Source of the DNA: Anthoceros angustus
Lineage: Eukaryota > Plantae > Anthocerotophyta
Length of the DNA: 64,000 nucleotides
Reading direction: 5' to 3'
Assembly: GCA_010909165.1 (NCBI GenBank)
Contig: MU008170.1
Span: 1,364,001-1,428,000 of the forward strand
Shown here: one piece after another, positions 11,892-24,300 of the stretch
How the letters are laid out: each line of letters begins with the position of its first letter
How positions within the stretch are numbered: position 1 is the first letter of the stretch
The notes under the pieces: generated by a model
The model's input: the letters and a program-made list of their open reading frames with translations, nothing else
What the model was told of the DNA's origin: nothing
Databases searched by the model: none
Program-made: the position numbers and the translations under genes

Positions 11892-13225
11892 CTATACTAC
11901 GTTGCTGCGGAAGGAGCCGAGCGCCTTGAGGGTCTGCCCCCGCAGCACGCCCAGATGGTATCCCGCTGCCAATGCCGCTCCGATGAATGGGCCCACCCAG
12001 AAGATCCACTGCACGCAAAGACAGAGAACATAGCGATTCTGGGAGCTGTAGAGCTGCAATTGCAGAGACCCACAAGGCTCGAACGCTGGAACTTGGAGAG
12101 AGAGCAGCTAGCTTACGTGATCGTCCCAGATTTCGTCACGGTTGATGATGACAGCGGAGCCCAGGCTACGAGCCGGGTTGATGCCGGTGCCGGTGATGGG
12201 GATGGTGGCAAGGTGGACGATGAAGACTGCGAATCCGATGGGAAGGGGAGCCAGAACCTGGAAGAAGCCGAAGAAGCACAACATGAGGGAGAAGAAGCAC
12301 GAGACGCACAACATGAGGAAGAGGAAGTGAGTGAGTCTGATGAGAGGAAGTGGGTGTCGGATTGGTGGCGATGGCGACGTGAGGGCGTACCGGGACGTGA
12401 GAGTCGCGAGCGTTCCTCTTGGGGTCGGTGGCGGAGAAGACGGTGTAGACGAGGACGAAGGTGCCCACGATCTCGGCTCCCAGGCCCGTGCCGATGGTGT
12501 ACCCGTGCGCCACCCGGTTGGCTCCTCCCCCGAACTCGTTGAAGCGCTCCGTCTGCCAGGCCTTGACGAGCCCGGCGCCGGCTATGGCGCCCAGGCTCTG
12601 GGCGATGATGTAGAGGAGGGCGCGAGGCAGAGAAACCTTGCGGGCGAGGAAGAGGCCGAATGTGACAGCCGGGTTGATGTGTCCTCCTGCACGCCAGCAG
12701 CACCAAGCATCAAGCATGAGCAAGGTGGTCACGTGCAGCACGCTGTGCTGTCGTCGCCAGCGCTTCGCTTTGCTTCGCACCAACAGCTGCTGGTGAGGAA
12801 GACAAGACTTTCCATGGAGGAAGACACACTCTATGGAGCAGCAATGCGCCATGTGGGTGGCGGAGTACGAGCTACCGGGATGCAGCCAGGCCATGTCCGG
12901 GTTGTTGGGTCGTTGGGTGGTTGTTCCTACCTGAGATTCCGGCGGTGTTGTAGACGAGCACGAAGATCATGCCCCCGAAGGCCCAGGCAATGCCCTCCAC
13001 GCCCACCCCGGCGAAGGTCTGGCCGGCGTTTTTCTGCTGCGTCTGGTAGCCGATGACGGTGGCAATTGTGACGTAGAGGAAGAGGAAGGTGGAGATGAAC
13101 TCGGCGATGACGGCCCGCCAGAAGGACCAGGAGGAGAGCTCGGCCGCGTCCACGAACGAGGCCGGGGGCGGGTCCTGGTAATCCTTCTGCACGAATCCCT
13201 CCTCCAGGTTCTCCTTTGTGGCCAT
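11892..13225 (-). CDS. PIP2: Plasma-membrane intrinsic protein, PIP2-type aquaporin; exons 13225-12931, 12686-12391, 12257-12117, 12008-11892
   Basis: [11 protein letters not shown], two NPA boxes ([19 protein letters not shown]), loop [25 protein letters not shown] and C-terminal KALGSFRSN. The 296- and 141-nt internal exons match the usual PIP gene structure. Confidence 0.97.
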
Positions 13226-15675
13226 GGCGACCTCCTCCACTCACACACAGGCACACAGACTACTTTCTTCACGACCCAGCACCGAGAGTGCAGAGACGGA
13301 TGATGCTGAATTGCAGCCGGAACTGCGTGCGGGCGGGGAGGGAGGTGCGGGAGGCTGGGCGGGGAGGAGGAGATGGGCGAGCAGCTGCGATGGGGAGGCG
13401 TGGAGCTCGGAACTGGCGAGGATGTGGAATGGGGAGGTATAGATAAGGACGCATGGGGGCGGTGGGGGAGGACGGTGGGGCGGGAACTGCAGCAGCACTG
13501 GCAGAAGGAGGAGGAGCAGAAGCTGGGCCAGCCATGGTTAGAGAGAAGGCTGGCCTCGCCCCCCATCTGGGGCCCATCCATCACGCCTGCCTCCCTAGCT
13601 GCTCCTGCCCTCTCTGCCCTGCTGCTCATCGTCATGATGATTCGAACGAGCCCTGCACTTCTGCCCCTGCAGTCTGCAGCGCAGGCTGCTGCTGCTGCCC
13701 AGGCCCAGGCCCAGGCCCAGCTCTGGCTTGCTTGCCAGCCAGCCCGGCCAGCCCGGGCCAGGCCCGGACACAGAGAGAAGAGAGAGGGAAAGGAGGAGCA
13801 CTCGTGCTGGGTGAAGGCTGGTGTCTCACGATTGCTGGCCCAGGGGGGCCGGGGCTTGGGAGACCAGACAGGGCCCGGAGCGTGCGGCCAGGTGTGGGGA
13901 CCCAGGTGGGTGGTGGGCTGGAGTGGAGCGGAGTGGAGTGGGAGAGGATGGAGTGCCATTGCCGTTCACTGCACTGCTACCTTCAAGATTCCCTAGGCCT
14001 CCCTCTCGCCGTCAGGTGGTGCATTGTGTTTGCGTAATTCGATTCCTCATCTCGGAACAAAAGCCAGTGCATGGTACACAGGGCAGACATGGTGTCGTCC
14101 TCCAACCCGGATGAAGTGCTGTCCATGGCTACAGCTCCATGTGTGGGTAATTCGGAGGCTGTGGGTTTGGAGAGGAGTTGATCGACATGGAGTCGGTTAA
14201 TGACTCCAGCCCATGTGTAGGAGAAGAAGGGGGTGGACGAGGCTGGGCTGGGTTCTACTACAAGCCAGATGGTGCTTGCCTGCACATGCTCTCATGACAA
14301 TGTATACGGTGCCCTGTCCTAGCTGTATTGTGGTACACAAAGCAACTGACATCCCACCAGTCTGTCGCCTTTCCTGCAGCCTGCGAGAGAATTCGGAACA
14401 CGCCTGCTGCCCAGTGCCCAAGAGTCTATGCACCCAGCGCTCCCCTCCTGACGACGGCAACGACATGATGCGAGGGCCCTTCCAGACTGTGTGATGAGAG
14501 AGATACGACCGTGGAAAAGCATGGAAGGGCGTACACCCTTGTTTTATGTGCCTTCCAGCAGCAACTTTTTTGTGCAGCGGTTGCTGTTGCTGTTGTTGTT
14601 GCTGTTGCTGGCTGCCATGCGCGTGCATGCCGGCCAGCTGTGGACGGCAGTGACGAGAGTGGTCTCGGATTACTACAGACTCGTAACAGGGGACTGGGAA
14701 CCCACAAAGCTCTATACAATTGCACCAGCTTTCTAGCCAGCTACACAGCTAGCTAGCCAGCCGCTACTGCGCGGCGAGGCGACGTCCAACAAAGATCCTT
14801 CACGCATGAGTCTAATGACATACAAAAGACGGCGATGGGCGGATGGATGTCATGAGTCACGTTCTACAAAGACAGGGCTTGGCTTGCGTTCCAACAGGGA
14901 CTGTCTGCCAGAGCTGGCCCTGGAGAGCACTAGTGTGTACAGTGGTGGAAGTCGAGTCCAGTGTGGCAATCGGACAGGAATGTGGCAGGGCCCAAAATGC
15001 GGGAGTCACAAGGAATTGTCCGCATTGGCTTTCCAGCTTGGAAAGCGCTTGCCTTCATCTCCAACGTTCCGAATTCGTGCTGTTATATTCGAAACAGCAG
15101 ATTCTCTCCTTCATCCGCCTCCGACTCCCTTCGCTGCACTGTATGCAGGCAGCCCATGCACATCCACCGGAACCCGGACCAGGTGCAAAACGCGGGGGCG
15201 CAAAGCGAAAAACAAGGCGAATTTGGTAATCGCCATCGGATGGACGCGCGGGGCTGGCGACCAGCGTCCAGCGTCCAACGTCCAGCGTCGGGCCCGCGGC
15301 CCGGCTCCCGGGTAACAAGCTGGCCTGACAGCGGTTTCGCCCAACGGCCTGTTGGCTGCCAGGTGGTTACGCCGCTGCCAACGGTTACACAATCCTAACC
15401 GGAGACGGGTAGTGAGAAGGTTAAAACCCCGTTCACGCCCCTGCTCTTTTCACCTTCCTGCTACCACCAGGCTACCAGGCTGGATCTGGATCCACTTTAC
15501 CGCGGACCAGCGGTCGGCGCGGCGCCCAGTGGGCATCACCGTCCAGTGCACATCACCGTCCACGGTGGACCCCACCACCCGCTCCGCTCCCGGCACCGAC
15601 CACTCGAATTGCTTCCCCAACGGAAACCAAGATGCTTTTTCATGGGCACAAGCTACCTCCTTTTCAGTCCCATGA

Positions 15676-15797
15676 CGGACATCCGTCCTTAGTGGATTTA
15701 AATAAAATTCTCCTCTCGGACGTCCGTCCTTAGTGGATTTAAATAAAATTCTCCTCTCGGACGTCCGTCCTTAGTGGATTTAAATAAAATTCTTCTT
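15676..15797. repeat. 41-bp tandem repeat, 3 copies
   Basis: cggac(a/g)tccgtccttagtggatttaaataaaattctcctct at 15676, 15717 and 15758. Confidence 0.92.
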
Positions 15798-15902
15798 TTC
15801 TCTTCTCGCCCTGTCTGCATCTGGCCGTCATCCACTTCACTCCACAATCACCTCATCGCAACGGAGTTTTTTGAAGCTGGATTAAACACTCTCTAATGAA
15901 AG

Positions 15903-15981
15903 TTTTTATTGGCTACACGTAGAGAGAATTTTTATTGGCTACACGTGGAGAGAATTTTTATTGGCTAAGCATGGAGAGAAT
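15903..15981. repeat. 26-bp tandem repeat, 3 copies, carrying reverse CCAAT and ACGT/G-box motifs
   Basis: tttttattggctacacgt(a/g)gagagaa at 15903 and 15929; more diverged third copy at 15955. Confidence 0.88.
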
Positions 15982-16749
15982 ATGGAGACTGTATGTAAGA
16001 AAAGACATGAAAAATTTCACTTTTCCCACAAAGAAAAGGGAACAACCCAACCAAGGGCACCGTGCCAAGGGGACTAACTTTCGCGATGGTTTATTTCAAA
16101 ATTCCCTACTGCGTGGAGAATTTCCTGGTTGAGAATAGAAAAAGGCCTACCTACCACTGGGGCAAAGGAAGCCACCTCCCCCGCGCTTGTGACTATCTGT
16201 ACATTGCATTTGCCAACACCCTATGCAGGGCGATGTACACCCGTTGCCTCAATACAATGAAGGGGAAGACCAACCCCATTCCTGCAATTGTTGTACGCCT
16301 ACGCGTTCAGCTTGGGAGAAGGAAGAAGAACTCTAAATATCAACAACTTATGTAAAGTCGCTGGAACATCACAAGAAAACAAAGAGGTGCATGGCATTGA
16401 GGGAGGAGGGCTCTCCCGCTTAATAGACATGATCAGAGAAGCACCCATTAACGCAAGAATTCTACGAGGTACTCGACAAAAGGCCCTGTAATTTGAAGGT
16501 GGACAAACAACTCCCATGATGACTATGCACTTCTTGTTCTAGATTGGAACTTCAAACATAACGTGTTCCACTTGTACTTTATCAAAAATGGTGGAGCAAA
16601 AGGGTTTTAAAAGCTTTTAGTAACTAGCTTCCCTTTCACCTTCCCTTTCACCTTCCCAAATGTTTAACAAACTTGCTACTCACCATGACTACATACATAA
16701 GTGGATTATGTAAAACCGACCTAAGTGGATTCTGTAAATAAGACATGAA

Positions 16750-19050
16750 CTAATTTCCAGGGGCACTTTCGGAAGAGCTACAACATGAATTGATGGTGCT
16801 GCAGGGTTCTAGGACGAAGATATAGCCATACATGTACATAAAGTGGTCTGGATTTTTACATCGATGCACGGAGTCTGCAGCCGCTCCCTTGTTTGAGAGT
16901 ATTTTGCAATGCATATCCGAGGTGGCCGCTGCTCTGAGTAAAAGTGACATGCTAGAAGTGCAGCAGGATCGCCTTGGATGCCTTCACCGGGCATGTTCGA
17001 ATTGAGTGGCTTGACCTTGCTGCCACCAGCCTGGCCTGTCTCCGCAAACGGACAACAAGCTTTAGGGTTTCCCCAAGGTACTGTATGCAAACTACAGAAA
17101 AATGCTGTACGCATTGCCTTCAAGATTCGAGCCGTTGCTGTTGGCTTGTTCACAGTGGCACCAGTGCCAGCGCGGATGATGCTTATCGCCATCCCTACGC
17201 CAGTGCCAGTTCCGACAAGCATATTATTATCCATCAATCACCAGCTGAGCTCACGACGCAGATACACGCTTGGGAGGCTTGCTAACTTGCTAACCCCTGG
17301 AGGCACACGGATGGAGTCCTGGAGAATTGGAAATGGTGAACAGATGGTGGGGGCCTGCAAATGGTGAACAACCGCACACCGCATGCATGTTGATAGCTTT
17401 TTTTAACCGCAGCTATGCACGTTGATAGGTTCACAGTGGCATGGAAAGGCGATGATACGCCCAAGACGCACCATATTCGAGCATATAAATGAGGTCGGGA
17501 GTTCGCTCCAAACTGCAGCTCGCATTGCGATGCAATGCCACATCGGATGTTCGGGTTTCCGGCAAAAAGCAGTGCAGATCGGGGAACCGCTCACAAGCTG
17601 CCATGTGCGAGCTTGAGGCCGACAAAAGCAGCTTACAATACTGACAGTGGGGCCCGGAAAATCTCTGCGGCGTGACAATGCAGCCAATGGCGAGGGTTAG
17701 GGTAACGTGAGCGCTGGAACCTGCCAGTGCCTACCTACAAGTCTGGCGTGCACTAACGCTCATACAAGTTCTGGATTATAATACTATATGCTATCCTGCA
17801 AAAATGTTGGTTTGTGGACCAGGTTTCTGCTCTGAGAGAGCTCCTCTGCGAACAGCAGCTGTCCCCTAAGCAGTGGTTAGAACCTTACAAGGTCACGTAG
17901 GGATAGGAATGGGAGGAGAACTGAGAGGACAGCCAAATCTGCTGATGTCTCGCACCTGCTCCTGAAGTGCAAGCTGAGATCAGGACGGCCTCTCGTCATG
18001 GCGTCCGTGATGAGTGGCAGGGAACGTTATGCACACTATATGTGCATCCTTCCATTCCCTCTTGCAGGGAGGTGATTGGCTTGCTCGCAGCATATACACA
18101 GTTGGAGTCTGGAAGGCGAGAAAGGCTGCTCTGAAATTTGGAGATGCTCCATTAGTATAGGTACTGTATCACCCACCGGCCGGGGAGCCCACCCCCGAAA
18201 AATATTTGCAGATAAGCGTCAAGCTGGTTTGCATCGACGTGTTGGGCCAGCACATGTACGCTAGGGCCGGGTACCGGCTACCCCACGCTTGCCTAAGCTT
18301 GGGTCTCAAATCCTGTCCTTGTCGGCTGAGTATCATTTTAGAGATGGCAATGATCCCGGCACCTGATTGGACAAAGTTGGATCAGGCATGTCTACAGAAC
18401 GTTCGAGGCCTGACATACAAAGCTCGCAAGCATCGTGCTTCGAAAGTGGCGAAGTTCCGTCTTGTCACCACCTTGTCACCACACAAGCAGAAAACAGTGA
18501 CGTTCCTTGGATGGATATATTACAATTGCATCCTCTCGCCTTGAGCCTCCAACTGTTCGCACTTGGGGCCCGCCGGGATCCCGAATTGGGCTGGAGTCAA
18601 CTGGGCAAGAGAGCTGTACACAAACATAAACGAATTGTGGACTTGTGCAGACAGGCACTGGTTTCCCATCATGGCTTGGCGCAGAAGCAAGGACTCATGT
18701 TGCTCGACTCACGCACTTGGCCAACTGCCCATTGAATGCTCCTTACCTTTATTGTGGTAATTGTGTACTCACGGAGCCCGTGCCCCGGGTTGCCTCCCAC
18801 CTTGGCACCTTTTGATGCCTTCCAATGCATCCCCCTCCGCCCCGGCATTGAAGTGCCATTTTTTTTGGTCCACAATCACATGTTTCTTTGCGTAATCAGG
18901 ACACCCATTGTTTCAGTTCGAAAGGTGCTTCTTACAAAAGAAGCACCTTTCGACAAGCATTTCACAAAACATCACACGTTACAACCTCTTGTTGTACTTC
19001 CGAACTGGATCCGTGAAGACATTGCTTGATAGAACAATGGACGTGGTCAA
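16750..19050 (-). mobile_element. Possible highly decayed DNA transposase (hAT-like) remnant
   Basis: The minus strand near 18880-18990 reads ...MFCEMLVERCFFCKKHLSN*NNGCPDY, reminiscent of a BED zinc finger. The rest is fragmented ORFs, with tandem repeats on one side and an AT-rich block on the other. Confidence 0.25.
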
Positions 19051-20111
19051 AAGCATCCCTCACTAGGACGCGTGAGACCATGTTTTGCCTAAGGAAGAGC
19101 AGCTATCTCCCCCTCTTATTGAAGAAGATATTGTCATTGATGCCGCAACAAAGGCAAGCGAAGAAGGACGTATTGAAAATGAAGTATGTATAACTCCTTA
19201 GTAAGTAATATTTTGTTAGTAATGATGTAGTGTTGAACAAACGTGCAGTGGGAGCTTAAGTCTCACAATTTGCAAGTTGGCAGTGTAGTTTTGAACAATT
19301 GTGCAGTGGGAGCATAAGTCTGCTACATCTAAATTATGCCTTTTCACAGTTATTTTTGAAATACACGGAGAGACTCCATAAATGTAATCTTCAGCCATAA
19401 ACACTTATGACATATATGGTGGATCATCGCTTAATGGCGTACTTTCAAAACCTTTTAGGAGATGACAATAGGAGTGAAGCTTATCCAAAAATTTGACACT
19501 ATACATTGACAAATTAACCTTTTTCATTTTTATCTCTAATAACAAAATAATCTACAGGAGATATTTTAAGATCCAAAAAAATTAAAAACTATCTGAACTA
19601 TAGGAGTTTTTTTTTTTTACAAGCTTTACTTTCTAGGATCGAAACTTAAAAAGATGCACCTTAAAAAGATGTAGCAGGTACTACATTACACTCCTCATTA
19701 ATCCATTGCATTTGGAACTTGAGATCCTATCTATCTGATCTCAAAATGAGATAAAGTAACATTCGCCGTCCAACAATTCGTACCTAAGTACCATTGGCAC
19801 ACCTAAGACAGCTTGAGTGTGCCAAACATGGGAGTATTGGAACTCCGCAGTTAGCCGTCATATGGGGAAAATATTATTGTAGGGATGGGCTTCCCTCATG
19901 TTTGGCCCAATATCACCTACATGTATGATTGATTGCGTGGAACTCTCCGTGTCGCCTCCTACGAGCCTACTTTCTCGAAAGTGATAAGTGAATGTGATAG
20001 AGCTGTAGCACTAACTATATATCTAGTCTAGAAGTGATCCAAGTTCAAACACATTTTCCTAAACTTGCTTCCAAAGTCCAAAGAAAGGATCGTGGCGGTG
20101 AAGGCTCTTCC

Positions 20112-21277
20112 TCACAAGATGATCAAGGCCACGAGGGCAACCACCCAAGCCGCAGTGTTCGCCGACATATCGAGATGCACCATCTTGTCGAGCTCGTCGT
20201 TCATGATGTATACTTGGAAGTCTTGCGAGGCCACGACCTTAAGCTTGATGCGGCGTACGTACTCGCAATGAAAATTGGGAGCATTCGTAGGGCAGCGCCA
20301 TTTCCCCATGAAATCAATGCACATGGGTGCAGGCATGGCGTCCACCTGCGTCCAAGTCATGCTTGCGAAACCCAGCTCCCAAATCTGCAGACACATTATA
20401 TATTCCTTCAGGTCTCTGCCTAGGGCCACGCATAGCAGCCGGTCTCGCACATTGACGAGGTTGCAGTAGAGTATGTCGAATGATCGGGAAGGCATGGGCA
20501 CGGCCAACCAGTTCCAAATAGCTCGCTCCAGGTCATAGGCTAGCAGATTGCAATGACCATTGATGCAGTCTCCTGCAACGCAGTAGAGCACGTTGCCTAT
20601 AAACACTCCCTGATGATCGGACAAGGTGGAGTTCAAGGCCTGGTTTCCGCAAGGCGCCGGTGTATCACTCCAACTCCTAGTGCGGAATCAAAGACGAATG
20701 TGGACAGGGGCTTGTCCAGGTCACCCACATATGTTCGCGTCTCATACAACACCACAAGCTTGAAGCAACGCGCCCTGGCATCCACAAAGACGCCCAACAC
20801 ATGGTGGATGCGCAAGTTAGCTCGCGGGAGCTTTGGCAGGCTGGTCCAAGAGTTGGCCACCGGGTTGCCCATGTGCGGGATGACTATTTTCTGTGCCGCC
20901 TGCATGTATGTGGTGCTCATCAGCACCCCGCCGCCTGTGGATCGCGATCCTCCGTCCCCGAGGAGCTCCACCATTCCTTGTGGGCTATCGGTACCCCCGA
21001 GAGCTCGCAGCCATGGCGGGAGTCGATGTCGGTGCCACTGCCGGACGGGGTTGTAGATGCAGGAGGCAATGTGGGAGTGGCATATGCCTACTACGAACAA
21101 AGATACATTCCGACGCACCCGCCGCCATTCCAACCTATCCGCAACAACAGGGGCGTCGTCACGGCCACATTCCACGCTTTCTACGCTGACGCGGCTCTCA
21201 AGCGGCAGCCGAGCCTGGATCATGGCCTCAACTTCTATAGGTAGCCTGCCGCTCCATACAACGTACTCCGCATCCAT
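20112..21277 (-). pseudogene. Intronless F-box protein with beta-propeller-type C-terminus, frameshifted
   Basis: F-box start VWSGRLPIEVEAMIQARLPLES; the KAWNVAVTTP part of the motif is in another frame. Also NPVANSWTSLPKLP and, after a second frameshift near 20635, GVFIGNVLYC...LLAYDLERAIW...LQIWEL...WTQVDAMP. Confidence 0.8.
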
Positions 21278-21399
21278 GTCGTACCCAACTCACCGCACTG
21301 GAAGCCTCAGCAAGTGGAAGCGATAGAACTCTGACTCCACACAGTCGAAGCTACGCCACAGGATCAACACAATTGGCAAAGAAAAGAATGGCAATAGAT

Positions 21400-24300
21400 G
21401 GCATCCTAATCTCCCCCAATTCCCATGGGCCCGGGGTACGTTGGTTGGTTTCCCTCGAGCCAGACCAGCCGTTCAATCAATTAGTCAGCAACGTTCATCT
21501 ACTCGCTTGGGCGAATAGTAAAGCTATATAGTCACTTACTTCTATGAGCTCATTCAGTATTATTTATGGTGCATAGGAGCACAACATATATAGCCCTTGG
21601 GCTTGGTAGAATCTCGAGGATTATAACTCTACTCTTAATATATGCTTTAAATTGAATATAAGTACATGATGCATAAGAGCGCTATATATATATAGCCCTT
21701 GGGCGTGGCGTAATCTCAAGGAGTATGACTCTACTCTTGATAGAGTCGGCCTCCCTAATTGGGAACTCTATTCCAGCCCGCTGTTGTTGAAAAGTCGATG
21801 TGCTCAATGAAATGCAAATTCAAAACTTGGTACCAATGTACAACTGTACCTATAATGCTTTGAAAGCATTAGAGTAAGAGACATTCACTTATTTGTTGGG
21901 ACATATTAACTACAAAGATACCCTACCAACTACCCTCAGCTTTTCGCCGACGGATCGTCTCACTATGGGCTATGTATCCATATGGATCGCCAAGGCAATC
22001 CCAACAATCACATCTACATCGAAATACAAGAACTAAGGTATGGAAAATGAGCATGAATTTGACAAATGTGTTCCTTTATACTTTTTGCTTAGTTTAGATA
22101 TGTTCGCTAACCAAGGACATGGAGAAATATCCCTTTTCTTCTGATTGCTCCATAACTCAAGGGTTAGTTTTCTTTATTATTTTTCAAGGACCAAGGAATA
22201 TGGCCCTATAAATAGACAGCTAGGTTAGAAATAGCTAATTAGTTGTAAGTGTGAGACGGGCCAAGTATAAGCCCTAAACGTTGTGCATGTTCAACGTAAC
22301 GGACGAATAATGAGTTAAACATTTGTGACCGTCTAGTCGGGTTAGTAGCTGATAGGAATTTCGTCCAAATAACCTTTGATAGCTGAACTCTTATTCTTCA
22401 CACCAACATGAAAAAGAAAGCCACCCTTGCTATGTCTTTCTCGGTTAACGATTATCAACACATTACTAATCTACACATATTCTATTCCTCACAAACTTAG
22501 CTATAGCCCAGCCTTGCAGAAGTGTGGAACTAGTCTTGAATACGTTTCTCAGCCCCGCTCTAACAATATGTATAAGAGCTCATGAGTTTCGGCAAGCAAG
22601 GAGAAATTAGAGGACTTGAGGTGAATTTTGCAATATAGCTTAGTCCAGGATGTGAAGGTGGAAGAAGTGTTGAGCATTCCAAATTGTATTCTATTACCAA
22701 GTTTTGTAGGGAGCATCATTAGTCTAAGGAGCAAGCGCAATACCTCAGAATTGTTGGAGTGGCTTCTGTGTTTGACAAAGCTCCCAAGTTGGGCCCTATG
22801 CCGCACTTACAAGAAGCCAATGTATTATTTGGCATGTACTTCTCTCTGAAAGAAGATGGGCTTGGTGAGGTGGAGAGAGAGTTTGGATGTTTGCCGTGAT
22901 TTCTTTGAAAAATTTGAGGAGCATTCATGCAAGTCCAAGTGAGTTGATGTGGTATATTTTGGAGTCTAGTTCTTTTATTGAAGGACATTGAGTGAAAGAC
23001 CAATGATAATAAAAGAAAGAGAAAATATCAAAATCCATGCTGGTTCGACTATACAAGGTGCTTGCAAATGCTGAGAGAATGATTATGAGAACTACACAGC
23101 CAACTTGCAAATTGTGATTTCTCTGTTTGAGCGTCATGATATCATGTCAACATTTGCTTCATTTCCCCCATCATTTGACTCTCCTTCTCTTCCCTCTTCC
23201 GTCCCTCTCGGAACTTGGAAGACTTTGCAACTGCTACGAGTTTATTATGTCTCGGAAAACAGGGAGGCTGAGAAGCTATAAAGCCTATCTACTACGTGAT
23301 GAAACATCTCTTGCAGGAACGTGCCTATTGCCCTTGAGCTCCAACCATGTTTTTGCCTTTGTTCAACAGCATTATCCTCGCTGGCTAACACGCAAAGTGT
23401 GAAATCTGTCCAAGACCATTGTTGTGCATTGTCTTATGTCTTGCAAAGTTGACGTCTAACATTTGAGCCTTTGCTTTTCGCTATTGTCCTTGAACTGACA
23501 TGCCTTGCCCTTGCTCCGCCTTTGCGATGTAGAGTTCCAAAAATCAAACTCTAATCCAACATTGTTCGTCCAATTTAAAAATAAAAAATCCATAAAAATA
23601 AGAAAATAAAATTTAGAGTTTTGATGAATGGGTTTCACTAAAAATAGACTCTACTACATTTCTACCTAGATGTTTATGAGCTAGCACTCTTTCTACGTGG
23701 TATTAAAAAAATCTTTACCTATCATAACTAGGGGAAAGTCATGCCTAGGAGGAAGCAAGAAAGCTTGCTTTGCAAGCAAGAAAGCAACATAGCACCATGT
23801 AAGGCCCTGCAAGCCAGCGCTATAAGTGCTACAAGCAATGTTTACAAGCTTTGTGCTTGCTTTGGATGTTTTTAGGGTGATAGCTTAGGCCGACTTTATT
23901 AAACAAATTTACGAGAAAATTACATGTCATTAAGCAGGTGAGAGAGTGCCGGGAACAAGCGAAGTGAGAGAGTACTCCGCAAAGGCGGCATGGTTCAGCC
24001 ACGGCTTGGGCGAGGCAGGCATCCATTCTGGCCGCCCGACCGTAGGTCCCGCCTCCTGTGTTGGTATGAATTGGTTCACATGCGCTGTTGTGAGACGCTA
24101 TGAGATGCTTTCTATGAGCAAGCAGTTTGTCTAAGTGTTTGGTAAAAGGCTGAATTGAAGTGTGTTGATTTCAGCATGTTGATGAAGCGATCTGTGAATT
24201 CGATTTTGTAGATTCATATTTGTATTGAGAAGTGTAGAAGTTGAAGATGAATTTCTTGGAGTCCTTCTTTCTGCAAAACAAAGAAAGTGCGAATAACTTT

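Noticed and set aside
12967-14114. Long overlapping ORFs (up to 330 aa) upstream of PIP2
   Set aside because: Low-complexity GC-rich promoter/5' UTR with short repeats (cccagg, gagtg). There are no domain motifs, and stop-free frames are expected at this GC content.
15676-15797. Repeat array as CRISPR
   Set aside because: The units are contiguous with no unique spacers, the context is eukaryotic and there are no cas genes.
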